Shown here: positions 58,336 to 64,000 of the stretch, in pieces
How positions within the stretch are numbered: position 1 is the first letter of the stretch
Layout: each line of letters starts with the position of its first letter
Assembly: GCA_964639245.1 (NCBI GenBank)
Contig: CAZXCU010000001.1
Span: forward strand, 876,521 to 940,520
Direction of reading: 5' to 3'
Source of the DNA: an uncultured Anaerolineae bacterium
GTDB taxonomy: Bacteria > Chloroflexota > Anaerolineae > Aggregatilineales > J027
DNA: 64,000 nt
Notes under the pieces: generated by a model
The model's input: only the letters and a program-made list of their open reading frames with translations
What the model was told of the DNA's origin: nothing
Databases searched by the model: none
Translations under genes and position numbers: made by a program

Positions 58336-59426
58336 TAATTGGTCATGTTTGCCATCAAGCCATTCCATGCTTCGGCATAGAGTTGCTCGACATCGGCAGG
58401 CACTTTGTTGGCAAAGAACAACATGCCCATGGTTTCTTCCGAGGGGTAAATGCCGGGGTTGGTAATGAGTTCTTCGGCAATTAAACCCGCATCAATCGAA
58501 GCCTGATTGGGCGAACCGTAGGCAATGTAGTTGCTCAAATCCGCACCCACCTGCGGGTCAAGAATGTAGTCAATGAACACCATCGCCAGTTCAGGATTGG
58601 GGGCATTGAAAGGAATGACCATGTTATCTGTCCAGACATTCGCGCCTTCATCGGGGATGACATAGACGTAATCATCACATTCGCATTCGGACATGATCTG
58701 GAAAATATCGCCGTTATATTCAATGCTGATGTCCACATTGCCCTGATACAGCAAGTCCTGACCGTTATCGTCCGCTACCACATCAACGTTGTCGCTGCGT
58801 TCCAGCAAAAAGTCCGCCGCTTCTTGGATTTCATCAGGATTGGTGGAGTTGGGGTCGTATCCGAGCAGCAGCAAGGCCAAACCCATCATGGCGCGTTGGT
58901 CGTTCAACCATGCCACCGGCCCATCGTAATTCCAGACCTGTTCCCAACTGGTGATGTCTTCGCCTACAATCGTGCGGTCATACCCCACGCCAATCGTCCC
59001 CCATTGGTAGGCGACAGAATATTCATTCTCTGGATCATAGGGCGGGTTGGCAAAGGTTTCGGACAGATTCGCCAGATTGGGAATCAATTCTTTGTTGAGA
59101 GGCTGCACCAAGCCTTCTTCAATCATGATGGCAACGGTGTTACCGGAAGGCATGGCAATATCATATTGAGCGCTATTGGCACGAACCACCGCCAACATTT
59201 CTTCGTTGCTGCCAAATTCAAAATATTCTACTTTGACATCGCAGGCATCTTCAAAATTGGGGATGGTATCTTCCGCCACATAGGTTGACCAGTTGAACAC
59301 ACGTAGGGTTTGACCTTCAAATCCGGCGGGGCAAGCCCACGCAGCTTCATCTTGGGCGAACACGCCACTTGTGATGCTGAGAGCGAGCAGCACCATGACC
59401 ATTAAAAAGCCCATCACTTTTTTCAT
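58335..59426 (-). CDS. Spermidine/putrescine ABC transporter substrate-binding protein (PotD/PotF-like), copy 2
   Basis: Signal peptide, SBP_bac_8-type sequence, ~68% identical by eye to the adjacent upstream copy. Confidence 0.8.
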   Translation of the reverse strand: MKKVMGFLMVMVLLALSITSGVFAQDEAAWACPAGFEGQTLRVFNWSTYVAEDTIPNFEDACDVKVEYFEFGSNEEMLAVVRANSAQYDIAMPSGNTVAIMIEEGLVQPLNKELIPNLANLSETFANPPYDPENEYSVAYQWGTIGVGYDRTIVGEDITSWEQVWNYDGPVAWLNDQRAMMGLALLLLGYDPNSTNPDEIQEAADFLLERSDNVDVVADDNGQDLLYQGNVDISIEYNGDIFQIMSECECDDYVYVIPDEGANVWTDNMVIPFNAPNPELAMVFIDYILDPQVGADLSNYIAYGSPNQASIDAGLIAEELITNPGIYPSEETMGMLFFANKVPADVEQLYAEAWNGLMANMTN

Positions 59427-59559
59427 ATGTTTCTCCTTAGTAAAAACTATCGTTCCGACTATACCGCAAAAAAACCGTCTTTTTTAGTTTTTTGAGATAA
59501 ATCTTAGGTTTTTTGTATGCGAAAAATAACAAGGTGGGCGGGTAGGTTGCTATTGCTTT

Positions 59560-59604
59560 CCATGTTATAACCCGCCCCTACGAACTCTGAAAGGCTAGCC
59601 TTCG
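59560..59604 (-). repeat. REP-like hairpin in the spacer between the two binding-protein genes
   Basis: On the minus strand gtaggggcggg-N29-cccgccc immediately after the stop codon. Confidence 0.5.
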
Positions 59605-60701
59605 CTTAATTCGGCGAGGATGTCATTCCAAACTTCCGTGTAATACTGGTCAATTTCTGCACCGACATCCAGCAGAAAATACATTTTTTCCTGCACTTCG
59701 GCGGCGGGATAAATGCCCGGATTGCTCAAAGCAGAAGCATCCACGAGTCCTTCGTCAATAGCAACCTGATTGGGTGAGCCATAGGAAGTGTAATTGCTTA
59801 AATCTGCCCCCACTTGCGGGTCAAGAATGTAGTTGATGAACTCCATCGCCAAGGCTGGATTTTCGGCATTGGCGGGAACGACCATGTTATCAACCCAGAT
59901 ATTCGTGCCTTCTTGGGGGATGACATACACATAATCATCACATTCGCATTCTTCCATGATTTGCAGCAAATCCCCACTCCATTCCACCACGATATCCACA
60001 TCGCCACGCAGCAGCATATCCTGCCCATTTTCGGAAGCAACAGCAATGACATTTTCGCTGTTGTCCAGCAGGTACGCTTTGGCTTCTTTGATTTCATCCT
60101 TATCTTGGGTGTTGGGGTCGTAGCCCAACAGCAGCAAGGCCACGCTCAACATCGTGCGCGAGTCATCCACCCATGCCACCAAACCGTCGTAATTGAACAA
60201 ATCTTCCCAACGGGTGATTTCCTCATCCACCACCGTGCTGTCATAGGCGATGCCCGCAGTTCCCCACTGGTACGGCACAGAATAGACATTGCCGGGGTCA
60301 TAGGGGGGATTCAAAAATTTGGGGGTCACATTGCTAACGTTGGTAATGATGTCGTAATCCAAGGGCAGAAGCAAATCTTCTTCCACCAACCGTGCCACAT
60401 TCGCCTCGCTGGGAACGGCTAAATCGTAGCTGGCAACCCCGGCCCGAATCACCGCCATGAGTTCATCGTTGCTGCCAAATTCATAATATTCAATCTTGAC
60501 CCCGCAGGCATCCTCAAAGTTCGGAATGGTGTCTTCCGCCACATAGGTTGACCAGCTAAAAATCCGCAAGATTTGCCCCTCATAGCCGGATGGGCAGACC
60601 CAACTTACGCGGGTATCCTGTGCCTGAGTACGCGGCTGTACCACCCACAAAGACACTGCCATGAGCGCGACTGCACTCAAGAGATTGAGAAATTTACGCA
60701 T
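59595..60701 (-). CDS. Spermidine/putrescine ABC transporter substrate-binding protein (PotD/PotF-like), copy 1
   Basis: Signal peptide MRKFLNLLSAVALMAVSLWVV; paralog of the downstream copy. Confidence 0.8.
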   Translation of the reverse strand: MRKFLNLLSAVALMAVSLWVVQPRTQAQDTRVSWVCPSGYEGQILRIFSWSTYVAEDTIPNFEDACGVKIEYYEFGSNDELMAVIRAGVASYDLAVPSEANVARLVEEDLLLPLDYDIITNVSNVTPKFLNPPYDPGNVYSVPYQWGTAGIAYDSTVVDEEITRWEDLFNYDGLVAWVDDSRTMLSVALLLLGYDPNTQDKDEIKEAKAYLLDNSENVIAVASENGQDMLLRGDVDIVVEWSGDLLQIMEECECDDYVYVIPQEGTNIWVDNMVVPANAENPALAMEFINYILDPQVGADLSNYTSYGSPNQVAIDEGLVDASALSNPGIYPAAEVQEKMYFLLDVGAEIDQYYTEVWNDILAELSEG

Positions 60702-60716
60702 TTTTACTCCAATAAA

Positions 60717-62690
60717 CTAACCTCTCGCCGCGTTGCGTCCCTGCAACAGCATCGAGAACAAAATCAGAACTGTCGAAGTCAGAATCATTAAGGCGGAAAT
60801 AGCATTAATTTCCGGCGGGACGGCGGTGCGGACTAAACCGAACACATAGACAGGCAGGCTGGTGACGCTTCCCCCACTGACAAAAAAGGTGATGACGACA
60901 TCATCCAGCGAGATAGTGAAAGCCAGCAGCGCCCCGGCGATGATTCCCGGCAGCAGCAGGGGATAGGTCACACGCCAGAAGGTGCGCCATTCGTTTGCCC
61001 CTAAGTCGCGGGCGGCCTCTTCAAGTCGCGGATTCATGTCGGTCAAACGGGCGCGAACGACAATCGCCACAAATGAAATCGTAAACGCAATATGCGCGAT
61101 GGTCACCACGGTAATATTGGAAGAATACCGTTCTCCTGTCAGGTTTTCGATAAAATCGAAGGTCATTTTGAAAAACAGGAGTTGGGAAATCCCCATGGCA
61201 ATTTCGGGAATCACAATCGGGAGATACAGCAGGCCATCTACCCATTTTTTACCCCGAAAAACCGAGCGTTCCAGACTCAGTGAAACCAGTGTACCCAGCA
61301 GCGTGGCGATGATGGTCGCAACAATGCCGATGATAATGCTGGTTTCGACGGATTGGAGCATTTCTTCGGTGGAAAAACGCGAACGCCCACCGGACACGCC
61401 TTGAAAAATGCGGTTGTACCAGTTGGTGGTGAAGCCTTCCCAGCGTCCGCTTGCCCGCCGAGAATCGTTAAAGGAATAAATCACCAGCAGCAAAATCGGC
61501 AGCCATAAAAAGATGTAGGACACGATGGGATTAAAAAACAAACCCCATTTGCCAATACGCCGCATCATCATATCGCGCCAGATTTTGCCACGATGAATTT
61601 CAAACGCACGGCTTTCGGATTTATGATGCTCGGTGGAGCGCTGATAAAAATAAATTCCCACCAGAATCACAGCGGTGATGGCAACGGCGATGAGGGTAGT
61701 GGTGTTATTGGTGGTGAACAAATAAACCGCAAATCCTACCATGAAACCCCAGAACACAAGCGCACTCAACAGAGGCGGAATTTTTATACCCCGTTCCTCC
61801 AGCCATTTGTTCAGGTTGTCGAAAATACCCTGCTGGGCATAGGCGTTGTCGCTGGCAAAGCGTTGGTAGACAAAAATTGAAATGGCAACCAAGCCCATCA
61901 TCACAATCGACGCGGCTGACCCCAAAGGCCAACTGCCCCCGTTATTATTAAACAGGCGGTTGATCAGATTGCCGACCATGAAACCTTCTGTCCCGCCGAG
62001 CAAAATGGGGGTAACAAACGCGCCAATCGCCGGAATGAAGACCAGAATCCAGCCCGCCACCACGCCGGGCAGTGTCATGGGAAAAACAATCCGCCAGAAC
62101 ACATACCAATCATTCGCCCCCAAGTCGTGTCCGGCTTCGACCATACGAAAATTGAAGCGTTCCACCGAGGCGTAAATGGGCAGCACCATGAATGGCAAAA
62201 ATCCATAGACCAGACCGAGCAGCACCGCCCCTTCTGTATAAATGAGTTGTTGGCGTTCAAACCCCAAGTTGACAATGAATTCGTTAAAAATCCCCCGGTT
62301 ACCTAAAATGACCTGCCACGCATAGGTACGCACCAGAAAATTTGTCCAGAAGGGTAAAATCACGAGAAATAAATAAAATTGGCGCACGAATGCACTTTTG
62401 CGAGTGCTGATGAAAAACGCCAATGGGTAGCCAATAAAAAAACAGATAATCGTGGTTTGCAGCGCGATTTGAATCGAGCGCGTGAGGGTAGAAACAAGCG
62501 GTTCTGTAAAAATTTCTTCGTAATTTTGAAGGGTGATGGGGGTGTTATAGTCGGATGGGTTGTTCTCACGGGTGAGGAAGCTGACCCCTAGCATAATCAC
62601 AAGGGGAATGGCAAAGAAAATCACCAACCAGAGAATCGTTGGGAGCGCCAATAAAAAACCACGCGAAGCGCGGTTGGTGGGTGCATTCAT
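60717..62690 (-). CDS. Fused PotB-PotC ABC permease (two BPD_transp_1 domains in one polypeptide)
   Basis: Two EAA loops (EAGHDLGANDWYVFWRIVFP and EAARDLGANEWRTFWRVTYP), ~12 TM helices. Likely start is MNAPTNRAS at 62690; the track ORF extends to 62828. Confidence 0.8.
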   Translation of the reverse strand: MNAPTNRASRGFLLALPTILWLVIFFAIPLVIMLGVSFLTRENNPSDYNTPITLQNYEEIFTEPLVSTLTRSIQIALQTTIICFFIGYPLAFFISTRKSAFVRQFYLFLVILPFWTNFLVRTYAWQVILGNRGIFNEFIVNLGFERQQLIYTEGAVLLGLVYGFLPFMVLPIYASVERFNFRMVEAGHDLGANDWYVFWRIVFPMTLPGVVAGWILVFIPAIGAFVTPILLGGTEGFMVGNLINRLFNNNGGSWPLGSAASIVMMGLVAISIFVYQRFASDNAYAQQGIFDNLNKWLEERGIKIPPLLSALVFWGFMVGFAVYLFTTNNTTTLIAVAITAVILVGIYFYQRSTEHHKSESRAFEIHRGKIWRDMMMRRIGKWGLFFNPIVSYIFLWLPILLLVIYSFNDSRRASGRWEGFTTNWYNRIFQGVSGGRSRFSTEEMLQSVETSIIIGIVATIIATLLGTLVSLSLERSVFRGKKWVDGLLYLPIVIPEIAMGISQLLFFKMTFDFIENLTGERYSSNITVVTIAHIAFTISFVAIVVRARLTDMNPRLEEAARDLGANEWRTFWRVTYPLLLPGIIAGALLAFTISLDDVVITFFVSGGSVTSLPVYVFGLVRTAVPPEINAISALMILTSTVLILFSMLLQGRNAARG

Positions 62691-62815
62691 CTCATACTGT
62701 ATCCCTGTCAAAAAATAATGGGTCAAATAATAGTGAATACTGATGCAGATTGCAAGCGATTTAACCCGATTATCACTTTCAAATATAATAAACGAAAAAG
62801 TATCGTCAGGAGATT

Positions 62816-63898
62816 GTGTTGAAACCAAAATTAAGTATTTTGCTAAGTCTGTTGTTCTTTGTTTTTTTGTTCTCGGCGTTTGCCCCCACCCGTGCCGAAA
62901 TTCAGGTGATTCCGGTGCAAAGCCAATTGTATGGGTTTGAGGTTTCCCCGGATGGCACGATGATTGCCACGTATGAAAGCGGCATTATTCATAATGACGA
63001 GGTGCTGCCGGACTTTTTGCCGATCCGCCTCTTGGATGTTGCCACTGGCACAGAAAAATTTGCCCTCGCCGGTCACACCGATTACGCGCTGGATATTGCT
63101 TTTTCCTCGGATAACCAGTGGTTGGTTGCGGTGCAGTTCAACGGCCTGTTAAATGTGTGGAATACATCAGATGGCACACTTAGTAAACAAATTCAGGGGG
63201 TGATTGGGGTTAATCGGATTGCCTTTTTGCCGAATACCACGACTCTCCTGATGGTTTCGAGCAACAATGTCATCAACCATCTGCTGCTGATGGATATAGA
63301 AACAGGTTATATCACACGGGTGATTGCATCGGACTTTGCGACTCGCGCCGAATTTATGGAACAGCTTGACCAGTCGCCTAACGGGGATTTAATCAGCGCA
63401 TTTTCTATTGCGCCAGATGGACAATCGGCAGTACTGGTCAAGGCCAGCGGGCAAATCGAACGCTGGAGTCTGGTGGATGGCCCACAAACTGTGCTGCTGC
63501 CTACTGAAGATTCCCGACCCTATCTTTATATCCGTAATGTGGCTGAAACCTCGACGGGGGTGGCGTACAGTCATAGTGAACAGGAAAAAATCTTCTTGAT
63601 TGATGCGACTACTGGCGAACTCAAATCTGCGCTGGATGCCAAAGTCTCGGCACTGTCGATGGCGGTGGCAGCAGATGGCGATACTGTCGCCTGGGTGGAA
63701 GAGTCAACGCTGAATCTTGCGCGGCTTTCCCAACCCCAAACGCCGCCCACCCAAATTTCCTTAGCTTTAGGAGAAAGTATGTCCGTGCGGGGACAGCCGA
63801 TGGTCGCTTTTTTGCCAGATGGTCGTCATGTTGTCGTGGGTGGTTTTGGCAACCTTGACGATGCTCAAAACGCTATTTATATCGTGAAAGTAAATTGA
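62816..63898 (+). CDS. Secreted beta-propeller (WD40/PD40-like) protein of unknown function
   Basis: Signal peptide [28 protein letters not shown]; repeated strand patterns; GTG/TTG start with AGGAG SD. Confidence 0.5.
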   Translation: MLKPKLSILLSLLFFVFLFSAFAPTRAEIQVIPVQSQLYGFEVSPDGTMIATYESGIIHNDEVLPDFLPIRLLDVATGTEKFALAGHTDYALDIAFSSDNQWLVAVQFNGLLNVWNTSDGTLSKQIQGVIGVNRIAFLPNTTTLLMVSSNNVINHLLLMDIETGYITRVIASDFATRAEFMEQLDQSPNGDLISAFSIAPDGQSAVLVKASGQIERWSLVDGPQTVLLPTEDSRPYLYIRNVAETSTGVAYSHSEQEKIFLIDATTGELKSALDAKVSALSMAVAADGDTVAWVEESTLNLARLSQPQTPPTQISLALGESMSVRGQPMVAFLPDGRHVVVGGFGNLDDAQNAIYIVKVN

Positions 63899-64000
63899 TG
63901 GACACCCATTTTATCCGCGTAAATGGTGTCCAACTGCATGTGGTACAGGCGGGGGAGGAAAATGCCCCCCCTGTCCTGCTGTTACACGGTTTTCCCGAAT
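63898..64000 (+). CDS. Alpha/beta-hydrolase fold protein (epoxide hydrolase / haloalkane dehalogenase-like), 3' partial
   Basis: [34 protein letters not shown] is the canonical N-terminus and HGxP oxyanion motif. ATG overlaps the stop of the previous gene (TGATGG). Confidence 0.6.
   Translation, partial: MDTHFIRVNGVQLHVVQAGEENAPPVLLLHGFPE

Noticed and set aside
1-64000. CRISPR arrays, rRNA and tRNA genes
   Set aside because: I looked for regularly spaced direct repeats and for tRNA-like cloverleaf/GTTC-loop sequences in all intergenic gaps. Only irregular palindromic REP-like elements were found.

Overview
This is a chromosomal window from a bacterium of roughly 50-55% GC by eye. The many secreted beta-propeller, Uma2 and GT-C proteins are compatible with a Chloroflexota-like organism, but taxonomy is not established. 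The backbone is dense housekeeping and transport coding: a sensor kinase 3' end, threonine dehydratase, a 2-hydroxyacid dehydrogenase, a Dpp/Opp-type ABC peptide importer, argS, acs, an M20 amidase, a flotillin, a site-2 protease, a spermidine/putrescine ABC importer with duplicated binding proteins and a fused potBC permease, an alpha-glucan cluster (GH13 TreS-like enzyme plus amylosucrase, and separately a GH94 phosphorylase), two PQQ-type sugar dehydrogenase paralogs and a roughly 2000-aa alpha-2-macroglobulin with an intact CIEQ thioester. Several accessory or defence-like loci are interspersed. There are three VapBC-type PIN toxin/antitoxin pairs and an orphan HicB. A visibly AT-rich type II restriction-modification pair combines a gamma-class N6-adenine methyltransferase with a PLD/HKD (BfiI/NgoFVII-like) restriction nuclease. 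An EVE (PUA-like) domain is fused to a nuclease-like C-terminus, which is a candidate modification-dependent type IV restriction enzyme. A zinc-ribbon plus PD-(D/E)xK-like protein sits next to a NYN-LOTUS protein. The most striking locus is a strongly AT-rich two-gene cassette at about 48.2-49.7 kb: the two proteins share a paralogous wHTH-like domain, the second carries a C-terminal HEPN-type Rx4H motif, and it lies directly downstream of the vapBC/hicB cluster. I consider this the best candidate for an undescribed toxin or defence system. The window also holds a family of at least six GC-rich REP-like hairpin elements (core GTAGGGGCGGG...CCCGCCC), always in the sense orientation immediately 3' of genes, three of them clustered in an unusually structured 510-bp intergenic region. 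No CRISPR array, rRNA or tRNA was recognised.
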